The notes beneath the pieces were generated by a model, which made no database searches, was not told the DNA's origin, and worked only from the letters and a program-made list of their open reading frames with translations. A stretch of 64,000 bases of DNA, from NCBI GenBank assembly GCA_964187785.1, contig OZ076419.1, forward strand, positions 36,146,001-36,210,000, read 5' to 3'. Below, in pieces: positions 39,181 through 51,400 of the stretch; the stretch's first letter is position 1, and each line of letters begins with the position of its first letter. Both the position numbers and the translations under genes were made by a program. This DNA is from Amphiscolops sp. MND2022. Its lineage: Eukaryota.

Positions 39181-39580
39181 AAACAGCATCTTGGGATTGT
39201 TGATTTTGTAATGTAGTAGGTCTAGTGAAAAATCATCAGGTAAGAAGACCTTGAAAGTAGTTCTTGTACTGAAAGAAGGAAGGGTAATAGAAGGGTATGA
39301 GTTGAGAAGTATGTGTAGAGAGTTTAATAGGTTCAGTTGTATCAGTGACAGAAGTTGGTAATGAAGAAGTTTCTGGTTTTGTGAGTGTAGAAGAACTGTT
39401 TGAACGTGAGAGAGTGGGCGTTTGATATGTATCATTGGTTTGATCATTAGATGAAAATGTAACAGATTTTGGAAAACGAGTGTATATATGATCATCATCA
39501 TCACTAGTAACATCAGTATCATTAAAAAGTAAAGATTGTTGATGTGAAGATTTGTTATGTTTTCTAGCAGGTGTTTTAGA

Positions 39581-42253
39581 TTAGTTTTGGAATGGAATTA
39601 TAGATTTGAATGATAATGAGTCTAGAGGTTTGACAATAATGTCGTTACCTTTATCATTTATACGGATGGAGAATTGATCTGTTCCATAATTAGCAAAGAT
39701 AGGGTGAGAATCTTGTTTTTGATGTGGTAATATTATTTCATGATGTATTAAGTAATGAACAGGTGTTAAAAAAGTATTTTGTATTAAAGCAAAATCTATT
39801 AGAGGTGGTGGTTGTTTGGGTTTGAGTTGATTCAGTTGGAGTTCAGTTTTTGTAAAAGAACGACTAAGCATGTCTGCAACAGACAAATTTTTACCTGGAG
39901 TATGAAAAAGTTTAATTGGAAAATTTGGTTAGTTGCATTTGAGCACGGTAAAAACGTTGACTAAGATTTCCTTTTTTGTGAACTAGTGTTACTGAGATTT
40001 ATGATCTGTGAATATGTGAATTGGATGTGGAGATCCAATGATAAGGAATTCGTATATTTGGAGAGCATGTACTTTACCAAGAAGTTCACGATCTAGTGTA
40101 GAGTGTTTTTGTTCTTGTGGATTACGTATTCGGGAGTTGTGAGAAGTAACTTTCATTTTATTATTTTCATTGTGTTGGAAAAGGACAGCGCCTAGTCCAA
40201 TCATCGAAGCATCAACTGTAATGAAAAAGGGATGTTTTGTCTTGGGCATTGTAAGTTCTGTATCAGAAGTGAGAGCGTTTTTTAAATTGTGGAATAAAGC
40301 TTCATGTTCAGTAGTCCATAACCACGTAGTATTCTCATGTAGTAAGTCATAAAAAGGTTTAAGATTAATGTGAATTTTTTCGATGACTTTCGTATAAAAA
40401 TTTAGTGCACCTATAAAACTTAAAAGGGCAACTTTACTAGTGGGAGACGGAATTTTATGAATTGCATCAACTTTAGAGTGCATAGGTTTAATTGTGTTAT
40501 AACCAGTTTCATGTCCAAGAAATTTAATTTTAAGTAACATAAAAAATGATTCCCCAGGAGCTAGTTTCAAATTTTGATTTATACTGATAATATGAAGTTG
40601 TTCACCAAGTTGGAACATATGTTCTTTAGAGTTAGAAAGTAAGAGAATGCTGTCAATATGAACGAGAGCGAAGCCTTGTTCTCTAAGGGATCTAAAGAAG
40701 CAAGAAGTTTGGTAATCCTTTAGGTCCATAAAAACCTCTAATGAATGCAAAGAGTTATCATTTGAGGAAAAACCAGTTAATTTTATGGTTTCTTCATCAA
40801 TGGGAGTGTGAGCATATGCGTACATTAAGTCTATAGCACACTTGTATTTTTTCTTTGCACGAGCTAATTGTGGAGCAAGTGGTTTTATGGGCCAAGCTTC
40901 ATCGGATTGTTCTGTCTTGGAATTCAACTGGCGGCGTCTAAAACACATTGGATAGAGTCACCTTTGGGTATAATAATGAAAGGATTGAGATAAGTTGTAC
41001 CATAGTAAGGTTTGTCTTCAGGAGAAGAGCCAATTTGTTTGATAATGTTATGTTTCTCTAATTTTTTAAGTAAGCTATTGAGTTTTTTTCTATAATGAAT
41101 AGGGACTTCAGAAAGATGTTGCGTAGGAATTTGAGCATTTGTTTTTAAACGTATTCTAAAAGGAGTTGCATTTTTTCCAACATCGTTTTTATGTGTAGTA
41201 TAGCAATTTTTGTGTTTTACTAATAGGTTACACAATGTTACAAATTCAGTATCGACAAGATCAAAAAATTGGAAGTTAAATTTGTATATAAACTTAAGAT
41301 TGTCTTTTGAATATGGTAGTGTACGAAAAATGCGAGACATTGGAGTGTCAGAAGTGGGTTGAACGTTGTATATATTGGAATGAGGTGTATCATGTAATGT
41401 AAGAGATGTCACGTATATTTGATGTAAGGAAAAACGATTTGATGAAGAGGGTATATCTTGTGTGGGCGTATTATAATTCGATAATGGAATTGGTTCTGTT
41501 ATATCTGGGTGATAAGTATGAGCTACAATGTGAACAAGAGTGCTTAGATCATTACCTTGATAGTATTTAGGTCGTTCATTTGTGATTGGTACTTCAATAT
41601 ACCCAATATGTCCTTTTGGAAGTGTTGCAATATGATTAGTAGAGTTTTGAATAATTGTAGAACATATATCAGGTTTGTCGTCAGTGAAAAATTCAATGAA
41701 TTGAAAGTTGTACGAAATTTAGATGAGGAGTAAGTATGTGGTATTGTTGGAAAGAATTTGTTCCCGGGAGTTGTAGCAAAGTGGAGAAGTATTTATTCTT
41801 TATGGGAAAATGAGCAATTTTCGAGGAGTTTGGATTTAAACGTATTTGTGTTTTTGAACTGATTCTGTATATGTACGAGAAATATGGATAGTCTTTTGAA
41901 AGTAGAGAAGTAATATTAGTGGTATTCGGTTGATCTTTGGATTGATATTTGAATTGTAATGTAAAGTCTTGAACATTGAAGTTCTGTATATATTCTTCAA
42001 AGAATGGAGTTCCAAGAAATATATATTTAATATCTGCAACAGCAAATGGGATAACAAACTGTCTAGAAGTTTGTTCCATAGACGTATCTAAGGTAGTAGT
42101 TACATAATGTAAAATAGGAACTTCAGTTTGGTTTGCAACAGTCAATGTTTTTGATGTATGATTTGTTTTGTTGTTACATGTGATGTTGCGGAGCTTTGCA
42201 ATTGTAAGATAGGTAGGGTAGTTGAGTACTGAAATGGAAGCACCACTATCCAT
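39581..42253 (-). pseudogene. pol: Protease-RT-RNase H, frameshifted
   Basis: MDSGASISV; PFRIRLK...PIHYRKKL; IDLMYAYAH; ALVHIDSILLL (YIDD mutated); FITVDASMIGLG; FTDHK; SVADMLSR. Confidence 0.92.
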
Positions 42254-42405
42254 TTAGATAGTGTATGTAAGTATAGAGAGTAAAAACAACTTTTAGGTGT
42301 TAAGGCGTTAGCCAGTTCTGTAGGATGGTAGTTCTGTCATATCTGAATTGGTCTCTAGAGTGAGAACGACATCGATTTTGTGATGAAGTTTTGCGATTTG
42401 TATTA

Positions 42406-43949
42406 CTACGACATGATGTGCTTCACTACAATATCTGTCATAGGATCCTGTAGGTTTGTTGTTTGTTCTGTAAGTGTTTTTCTCACGAGAAGAAAAACGA
42501 AAGTATTGTACAAATGATTTTTGAGGAGATTTAGATCTAGTGTAGGCGTATCTTTTATCTTCATTATCTCGTTGTTTCTTGAAACAGGCAAAGATGGAAT
42601 GATTTGTTCTATGGCAAAATGAACAATATTTTTATATGCAGGTTTGTGTTTGTTATTGGCGTCACTGGATTGTGTAAACATAAGGTGTTCAGATTGTTGA
42701 GTTTCTAAATTTTGTGATTGTAGTTGATTTGTAATAGATTTTACTTCGAGAGTAAGATCATGAGTGTGTATTTTATCAATGGCTATATCTTCAGCGTCTA
42801 CACGTTTTACAAGTGTATGAAATGGTATTGAAGCTTCTAAAACAGCCGAAGTATGTTTCAAGGGTTTTGAAAGACCTTTTTGTAAAAATTTCATTACCTT
42901 CAAGTTGATGGCAGAAGCATTTTCATTACAACAGAATTTTTCAACTAGTTGTTGAACTTTAAGAGCAAAGTGGCGTACCGTTTCATTATCAATTTTGACA
43001 AGCGTTAGGGCTTCAACTTGTGCATAATAAGCATTCTTTTGAGAAGAAAACTGTTTCTTAAAAGCTTGTAGAAAAGCAGACCAGTCTTGTTTGTACGTGT
43101 CGTTTAAGCGAAAGTACCAGCTAAGAGCTGTACCAGTAAGCGAGCATTGTATACAAACCATTCGTCGAGCGTGCCAAAATTTATATTCATGAGAAGTTGT
43201 AGGTTGTAGACCTAAAGAAAATGTAACACGAGCATTAATGTGTTGTAAATATTCTTCAGGTGTATATTTATGATCAAGACCATCAAATGGTTGATTGATT
43301 CTGAAATAGAAGTAGAAGAGTTGATATATGTAGGATTTGAAATGGTTGTGGATGGTTGAGTATAGGGATGTGTTATATGATAGTTTGAATGTGAGGTATT
43401 TGTTTGCAAATTATTAGTGTTTGTTGGAATTTGTGATATAGGTGTAGAATATGGATTGGTTCTAATAGAGGAAGTTGATGGTACTGGAAAATTTTGATGT
43501 TGTAGAGAATTATTTGAAGTAACCGTTTGAGTGTTATGTTCTAGAGATTTTATAGAGTGTTGTGTCATATGTGTATTTGTAGTAAATAAATTATTTCGTA
43601 ATGGGTTGGTAGAAATTGTTTGTAATGGAGGTCTAGAAAGCGTTCTAGAGTTAACAATATTAGAAGGAGGATTTGTATGTATCATATTAATGTTAAAGGT
43701 GGTTGGTATATTTGGATCAGAAGTATTTTGTGCTTGATTATATGGATGTTTTGTAACAGACGTACTTTCAGCAGTTGAAGGAGATTGGAATGTAAATCGT
43801 GCGCTTGTGTTATTTCTAAGACCAATAATATGGTTATTGAAGGTACTGGGTTGTTGAGATGTGGAAAAAGAAGTATATGCATCAGGTTCAGGTGAAGGAG
43901 GTGGATCATAATTTCTAGATATTGGTGGTTGTATTGGTGGTTGTGGCAT
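42406..43949 (-). pseudogene. gag: Gag core (retrotransposon gag domain) preceded by a P/S/T/N-rich region
   Basis: TGTALSWYFRLNDTYKQDWSAFLQAFKKQFSSQKNAYYAQVEAL...ETVRHFALKVQQLV. Confidence 0.8.
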
Positions 43950-44053
43950 ATGGGTATTAGTAGTAGATAAAGTCGAAGAACCTTGGATTGAATTTTGTGG
44001 ATCTTGTCCTGTATTATGTCTTATATCTTCTTCTTCAACATGTCTTACAGGTA

Positions 44054-45178
44054 CTAATATGGCAATTGAATCAACTGTGAGATCTGTACATTGATTATCA
44101 AGTGTAGGACTTGGATCTTGAAGTTCAATTGATCATTATCATTATTATGATTGTCATCGTTTTGAAATGAGAAATATTCAAGATTTACATTAGGTGGTTG
44201 TCGTAATCTTGTTTGTGTTGTTTGTGGACTCTGATGTGAGTATCGAACTTGTGATTCAGATGTATCAGAGAGAAGTTCAATTGGATCATGTATTTGAATG
44301 TTAGTGTTATGAGGTGTTGTATGGATTTCAGTTGTAGATATAGTAATAAATGGACGATTATCCGACGTTTCAGAAAGTTCTACAATGAAGTCATTATCGA
44401 AAGCATACATATCAAAGTATGGTTTATGAAATTTTAGAGGATTGATATACTGTGGATGTTTGAAATCATCTCTTATAATGAAAGGTATTAAATCTACCTT
44501 ATCAAAGGTCTGTGGAAAACTAGTATATGCATATTGATCTTGTTGTACCCATATTAGTTGATAATTGAATCGAAAGAACTTTAGAGGGAATTTTGCAAAG
44601 ACTTGGATAAGTGGTATAGTGTCATCATTAAGTGTAAGATTTTGGAAGAAGTTGTACCGAAAATGTGTAATTTGTAATATATCTTGTTGTAACCTGTAGT
44701 GAGGGTTATTTTGTCTGGTTATCTTCGGGTCAATATCTGGGACTTCAAAATTTTGGTGTTTTTGTTGGAGGCTTTCTAATAAGGAAGGGCGATATAAAAG
44801 TATATCTAATATTTCATTGAATTCAATTAATTTGTTCATATAGTTATTGAAAACGTCTTGTATTGTTAGTTGTATGCTTTGTGGGTATATTGTCCTATAG
44901 TATATTCCTTTGTTAACATTTTCAACAGAGTTAAAAAGGATTTGAAATTGTGTTTGTGATGGAGTTATTTCATAAGTTCGGTATTTAATGTAATAAAGAT
45001 AAGAATCTAGTTGTTCTCTAAGGAGAGGTAAGGTATGTATAGAGTGAGGTTCAGTTTCAAAAGGTAATGGATTTGTATATTGAAAGGAGAGATTGTGTAG
45101 AAAAGGGTTAACATATTGAGTGATTGCACGTACATTAGGAGTTGGTGCAGTACTACATTGAAAGGGAGTAGGAAGCAT
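44054..45178 (-). CDS. ORF-X, 374-aa protein of unknown function upstream of gag
   Basis: Longest uninterrupted ORF in the element, with a globular-looking composition. It may be a separate gene or an N-terminal Gag extension. Confidence 0.55.
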   Translation of the reverse strand: MLPTPFQCSTAPTPNVRAITQYVNPFLHNLSFQYTNPLPFETEPHSIHTLPLLREQLDSYLYYIKYRTYEITPSQTQFQILFNSVENVNKGIYYRTIYPQSIQLTIQDVFNNYMNKLIEFNEILDILLYRPSLLESLQQKHQNFEVPDIDPKITRQNNPHYRLQQDILQITHFRYNFFQNLTLNDDTIPLIQVFAKFPLKFFRFNYQLIWVQQDQYAYTSFPQTFDKVDLIPFIIRDDFKHPQYINPLKFHKPYFDMYAFDNDFIVELSETSDNRPFITISTTEIHTTPHNTNIQIHDPIELLSDTSESQVRYSHQSPQTTQTRLRQPPNVNLEYFSFQNDDNHNNDNDQLNFKIQVLHLIINVQISQLIQLPY

Positions 45179-45907
45179 GTTGGATATTGTAGTTGTGTTT
45201 TCTGAAAGTTCTATAAAACCATGTATTTAAGTGGTAAAATGTTTTTGTAATATAGAGGCAATTGTATATTCTGTACTGAATTGTGCATGATATGGAAAAA
45301 ATTGATCAACAAAAAGGACTCGAAAGAAGATGGTTAAACTGATATCAGATGAGAATTTATATGTATATATTTGTTATATATGTGTTAAAGAAACGAGATG
45401 TATGATATATGTCAAAGAGTCCAAAAAGAAGAAATAAAATGTTGAAAATCATAATATTTCATAGGGTTTAAAACTTTGGCATTAAGGTATAGAAAAGTGT
45501 TTGAATGTTATGGCAATTATGGCAACCTAAGCAAGGAAAAACCAAATGAATAAAATAACAGCAACGAAATAGCCAACAGTAAACATTTGAAGGTGACTTA
45601 TGTCTTGTTCAGAAGTATGTTATTGAAGTGTATCAGTAAGTCTGTTATAGGTGTATCGTATATTGTTATTTATATGGTGTTCTATTTGTGATTTGTATCA
45701 GTGTTTGTCCCTGGGAATGTTATAAAAGTGTTATATTTGTGATACAGTACGATGGTCTGTAGTGTTATAGAAAAGTTAAGAAAATGTGTCAAATGCTTGA
45801 CAGATAAGAAGTTAGAGTGTAAAATCTGTGCCAACTCGAGGAGTTGATCCAGACGGCTAGAACCGAGTCTACTAGCAGGAATCATCGGATAGCACTTTGG
45901 AGAGAAG

Positions 45908-46165
45908 CCAACACGTATCGCACGTCTGCGGTTGGAACGAAAAAAAGACCAACACGAATCACCTTTGCCCGTGGCTGGAACGGAGAAATTTTTTTTACCA
46001 ACACGGATCACTGCGGGAGTGGTTGGAACGAAAGTGATTTGGTCAACACGTATCACATCTTGGGTGGTTGGAACCGAGTAGAAGTTACTGACAGGAGTTA
46101 CGTTGTGTACGCAGTCAGAACCATGCCAACACGAATCAATTTTCTGAGAAAATTGGTTGGAACGA
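45908..46165 (-). repeat. Leader array of five CCAACACG...GTTGGAACG units
   Basis: Units start at ~45908, 45949, 45998, 46043 and 46126; each contains the inverted pair CCAAC/GTTGG. Confidence 0.75.
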
Positions 46166-46294
46166 AAATTAAAAGGTTTAGAATTTTCCAAGAGGAGGAG
46201 ATACAGTGTGTCTGACAAAAAGATATGAATTAGGAAGTTGAAAAAACGTGTACAATGAGAAGAGAGGCGTGAAAAGAAAGGCAGGTAGTATATT

Positions 46295-46309
46295 CTCTTG
46301 ATCGCACCA
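46295..46309 (-). other. Primer-binding site
   Basis: TGGTGCGATCAAGAG, two nt after the LTR end ...GCAGTACA. tRNA identity not assigned. Confidence 0.75.
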
Positions 46310-46311
46310 AT

Positions 46312-47300
46312 TGTACTGCTTAGATTTAGGGTTTAGTGGTAGAGTATGTTTAGGTGTTTCTATAAGAAATTACTTTCATCCTAAGCCGAAACCGTTATTG
46401 ATGTTATTAGAGATCTCTTTCAATGCTTAGTCCTATGTGTGTAATGATTTCAAAATCATACGACTAAGCTGAGGAACGTGGCCAAAATTAGACCAAAAGT
46501 CACTAAAAACGGAATTTTTTGGACTGTTTCTGATTTTCCCAAAAAGTCATTTTGTACCATATTGAGGTCTTATGTGCAAATGATTCGAAAGAAGGTTTTC
46601 AGTCATTCTTATAACTTTTGGGGTCCTATTCGAGCGATAACATCAAAATCGAATGACTGGGATCTGAAAAACGTAGTCAATATTATTTTAAAATTTGCCA
46701 AAATACGACAATTTTCCAATTTGTTTCATTCGTGGGTTTGTTCTGTGTACTGCTTAGATTTAGGGTTTAGTGGTAGAGTATGTTTAGGTAATTCTATAGG
46801 AAGTTACTCCCATCATAAGCAGAAGCCGCTATTGATGTTATTAGAGATCTCTTTCAATGCTTTGCTAAGTCTTCAGAGTATACCTTTCTGTTTCTTTCAC
46901 TAGTTATCAACTGAGAGAAAACCTATCTTTTGAAAGATATAAGTAAACACTGAGTAGATATTTATCATGACATTCATCAAAAATTTAAATGTCATCAATA
47001 ACTGTGTAGATGAATTAGCATCGCTAAATAGATTACTGGACTAGTATCTAAATAATGAAGTATTCACTAAATAGATTAGAGATTACTGGGTTGCCATATC
47101 AAATTACTGAGAGTCTTTATTAAATAGATTAGTGGGTAATAATATCTGGATGGTAAGAGCATTCACTAAATAGATTAAGTTAACGTTAAGATGTCATCAA
47201 AATGTCATATGTCAATTTGTCAAAGAGAAAAAGTTCTAAAAAGTTTTAAAAGAAACTTTTACGGTCATGTATCATGGTATCACAGTATCATGGTATCACA
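46312..47300 (-). repeat. Composite 5' LTR: partial LTR (46312-46428), copy of the left flank (46429-46745), full-length LTR (46746-47300)
   Basis: 46429-46896 matches 32995-33462 with one substitution seen. Confidence 0.9.
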
Positions 47301-48431
47301 TCTGGTTATCTCTGGCATGCGCAAAAACTGGTCGTTTGTACATATGTCGTCCTGTCCGCTGTCACTTTTGTTTCATTTGAACTTGGCCAATTTTCTAAAT
47401 TATCTCTGGACACATCCAGTGGTTGCCAGGTGCCACAGGGGTACACGGTGATGCGATCCAACGGATTAACGTTTTCTAGGACGGGTCGCGATGAATGTGA
47501 CTGTCCCATTGCTTAGCCAGAAAAACTCCGGGGACCGGAGCGTCATTTTTTTGAAGAAAAGTGAACTTGTTCTTCATTTTCGAATTGACGGTAGCTACGC
47601 TCTTCCCCAAAATAAAGAATGGGATACATCGGGTGTTTCAAAAAAAAGTCTCTGTCCCTTGTAATTGATTGTTTTGTTTGAAAATAACTTGCTCAAACCT
47701 AAGGACCGTGACAGAAGATGAGAAATTACTAGAACGTACGTGTCAACCTTCCAGTATAATTTTTCATGCGTCGAACACCACCACACTTAACACAAAAGTT
47801 GCCCTCAATCTATAGAAGACTAACTATCATTCTTTTGTTGATTTTGTTTTTTTTTCGTGTTTATTTGTAGTACTCTTGTCTAAGTGAGAATTGTAAGTGA
47901 GAAATCTTTTTAAAAAGATTCAATGCAGAGGGCTGCGACCGTTTTAAACAAAAAAGTTCTGGCGCTTTCAGTCAGTTTTACAATGACCGCAAATTAATCA
48001 CTGCGTTCTGCGCTCTATATTGTTTGTTACTCGTGTTGCCTTTATCTTGGAGAAGACAAATGGGAATAATGTGGTGGTCGGAAACTGTGTTGGACCTTGG
48101 ACGAAATGACGGAGGAGGTTTTCGATGATATTATTTTGGATGCAAACGTTAGCTGTTTCAAGCTTTTTGCTCGTTTCAGGATATCGTGTGGCGTACAGAA
48201 GGCCGTTTGTTAGCGCGTTTGTTAGCGCGTTTGTTAGCCTGTAGGTGTTTCAGTAACCGTCTGAGAACTGGTTACACGTTGAGAGCAAAGATTTCACGCA
48301 CTGATGACTTTGTGTCTAGCACGGAGGAAAAACGCAAACCAAGACAGTTTTCTGTTGGCCCGGAATTGTTGAAACGTTCAAAAATTCGCAACAACTTTTT
48401 TTGTGCGTATGTTTGGAACATAGAGTTGGAA

Positions 48432-51400
48432 CACAAGAGATTTTTGTGCGTATGTTTGGAACAAAAAAGCCGTTATTGTAATTACTTGGGGTTGAAACAG
48501 AAAGCAACAAGACTGCACTTTTTCATCAAATTCCACGTGCGAGGAGAGTGAAACTTGCTTCTTTTGACAATAGGGACTACACTACGTAATACACGAATAT
48601 CATTCGTGGACAATAGACTGCCGGTTGCGTCAAAGTTGTTTGTACGTGAGTTGCGGTAGGGTAATCAAGCTGTTAGAAAATTTCTATTTTCATGATGTAC
48701 CAGTCACTTTTTTGCCGAACGCACGTTGTATGGATTCCAACTACCTGGGACTTTGTATGCGAGAGTAAATCATGCCTGCGTATTGGAAAAACAAAGCGAC
48801 TTAAAGATCGGGGCATTTTCAGCAAAACGAAGTGACAAATTGTTAACGTACATTAGGCACTGTTTTTTCAGGGCAAAATTTCACAAACAAAATTCTCTAA
48901 TTTGATACCATAACTTAGAAAATAGTAAACATTTGGTGTTGAGATATCCTAAAGACAGTGCAATTTGTACAACTGAAACTCCGCTGTTGTTTCCGGCATT
49001 TTCAATTCACTTTTTAGCCTCAAAACCATCTCATTGACTTCTGAGGGTAGCGCAATGAAAGTTAAACCACCAACGTAAAGTTTTGCGTTCTAAACGTTGG
49101 TCATACTAGTTTTACAATGTTTGAATCCGGACATTTTTCAATTGATTTTGAAAATGAGGCTATTGAGTACCGATAATGTCCAAAAAAGACACAAATTCCT
49201 CAATATCTCCACATTTACTTGTCACGACCCGCTCCCGGTCGGTGTACAACATACCATGAAGGAATTCATCGTGACACAAGACGTTTTGCACAGGGGTATG
49301 GGAAAACTTCTAAACTCATAAATATGCAAAAAATTCTACTTCCAGTACAGCTAAATACAACAGTAAGGATTTTGTTTCTGAATAATAAAAGTTAACATAC
49401 GGGCAACGTAGTACTTTGCAAAATGATTTAATCTACCTAAAACTTCCGGTCTAACATTTTTACGCGTGATCATTTTCACTTCCAGTTTCATCTTCTGAGT
49501 TACACATCTTTCTTTTTCCACCTTGAAATGAAACAATTAGAACAGTATTTAAATCCGTGTTGCCAACGGTTTTCTTATGATCTAAAATGAAACAAACATA
49601 CAGAAAGTATAGTAGATTGTTGGCTAGTACTCAAGTAGTTCAACACTTACAGTCAAGGAAATTAAGAGACCAATTACCACGTTATGACAGCGTCACACAT
49701 CAGAGCTAGTACCCGGTGTTCCTATTTTTTAAGGTTCAATAGCGGTGTCCCTTGCTCCAGCTATTTGCGCTCAGTCCAATAAGAATGATTTTCTCGTGAC
49801 GTTATGTAGAGAATAAGAATGATTGTCTGCGCACTCCACAATCTCTACGTTGGTCGCTGTTCAACTATCAACTATATCTAATCTTAATACTTACGGAGAC
49901 GTTACAGAGCAAATTGTAAAATTGTATCTATGAAATGAAGCTCCAGGCCAACAGTTGAACACTATTTCTTCGAGATACGATGCATTAAGAAAATTTCAAC
50001 ATGAGGATCTAGGATGTCTAAAGCTGTACTGTGAGGTGAATCTCTGTGTTGTGTGCTAATCTCTACATCTGCGAAATTAAAGTTTTGTTTATGAAACGCT
50101 GACTTACGTTGACAAATTAACTCCCATGCCAGGGAGGTTCTCGAGCGTTCTGAATACCGTTTTGCATCTATAAGTGGATAATCCGGAATGTCTACGGAAG
50201 GTCACCGTTTTAGCAACGAGTGAGTAAATGATGAAATTCCCACCTTAATGAAATATGTCCCTAATTTCACGTACTCAACACGTTAACTTCTCATTTTTGT
50301 TACAAGTTCTTTGCGATCCTAATTTTCCCGACTGTGTTGTGTCGTATCTTTAGAAGCAGTGATGATGTAAATTTGTATTCATTGAAACTAGTCACATCCT
50401 AACTATATTGGTCAGTTGCTTAGTAGTGATACTTTTCATTGAAATTGTCAAAAACCTGCGATATTTGATTCAGTTAATATGTTCTCTTTTGTTGTTGTTA
50501 AACATGTAATGTAGCGGTATGAATTGTATATAGTTACCCTGTTCCGGACAAACCACGTTTTATTCTTCATGTGAAAAACCTCCTCTGCATCATTTGTTTC
50601 TCTGACCGTTTTTACTTAGATATTTCCGACCTTGAAATTATTTGCTCCATTTCAGTCGGGTTGATATTTTTGCGTGTCATACTTTTGTCTCAGTCTTCAG
50701 AATTCCCAATTTGGAAATTGACTACATGATCACGCCGTGCCTTCGTCGATGAAAACATTGAGCAGACTTTTTTTGTCGCCATTTCAAGTCCAAACAGAAA
50801 ACGCGTTGGGATGAACAAAAATGATTTCAACAAATGCTACGGAAGGGTGACGCTTCCGATAAAGGTATCTCAAAATTGTTTCAGATGTTCCTTTTTTGCC
50901 ACGAGTTTGTCTCCCTTGTAAAAAGTACTGCGTATTTTCACTCGATACCTTTTGTTTTCCTTTTTCCAAACGTTCTGGGTTTTTATACCAGCAATATAGC
51001 AACGGTTGACGACGGATCAAAAGAGATAGGTGTTCATTCAGTTGTTTGTATTACTTCTTATGTCTGAATTACTTACAACTCATGTCCATGAAAGTTAACA
51101 GATGGTTGGATGATAAAACCTTCAATTCAACTTGGCGAAAACTACCAATCATCTTGACTTAAGGGATTCTTTTTATGGAGCTCGGTGGAAAAAATGGGAT
51201 GTTTTGAGAGCTCTGGGAGAAACTCTCAGGGCTTAGCGCTCAGTAACTTAAGTCTCTTTTGCCAATTTGGTGACTTTTCAAAAATAAAATCATTCTTTTT
51301 TCAAAACGTTTGTTTTCACATTGCATTTGCAATTCAATATTAATTGCCAATAAGTCGTTACAAGACCGGCAGGATGTTGTTACAAATCAGCTGTTTTTCA

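Larger units (their letters stand above)
33312..47300 (-). mobile_element. Giant (~14 kb) env-bearing Ty3/Gypsy LTR retroelement, decayed
   Basis: LTRs 33312-33867 and 46746-47300 (TGT...ACA); 4-bp TSD TCTG (33308-33311 and 47301-47304); PBS at 46295-46309; gag, PR (MDSGAS), RT, RH (TVDAS), IN and env-like ORFs in order. Confidence 0.92.
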
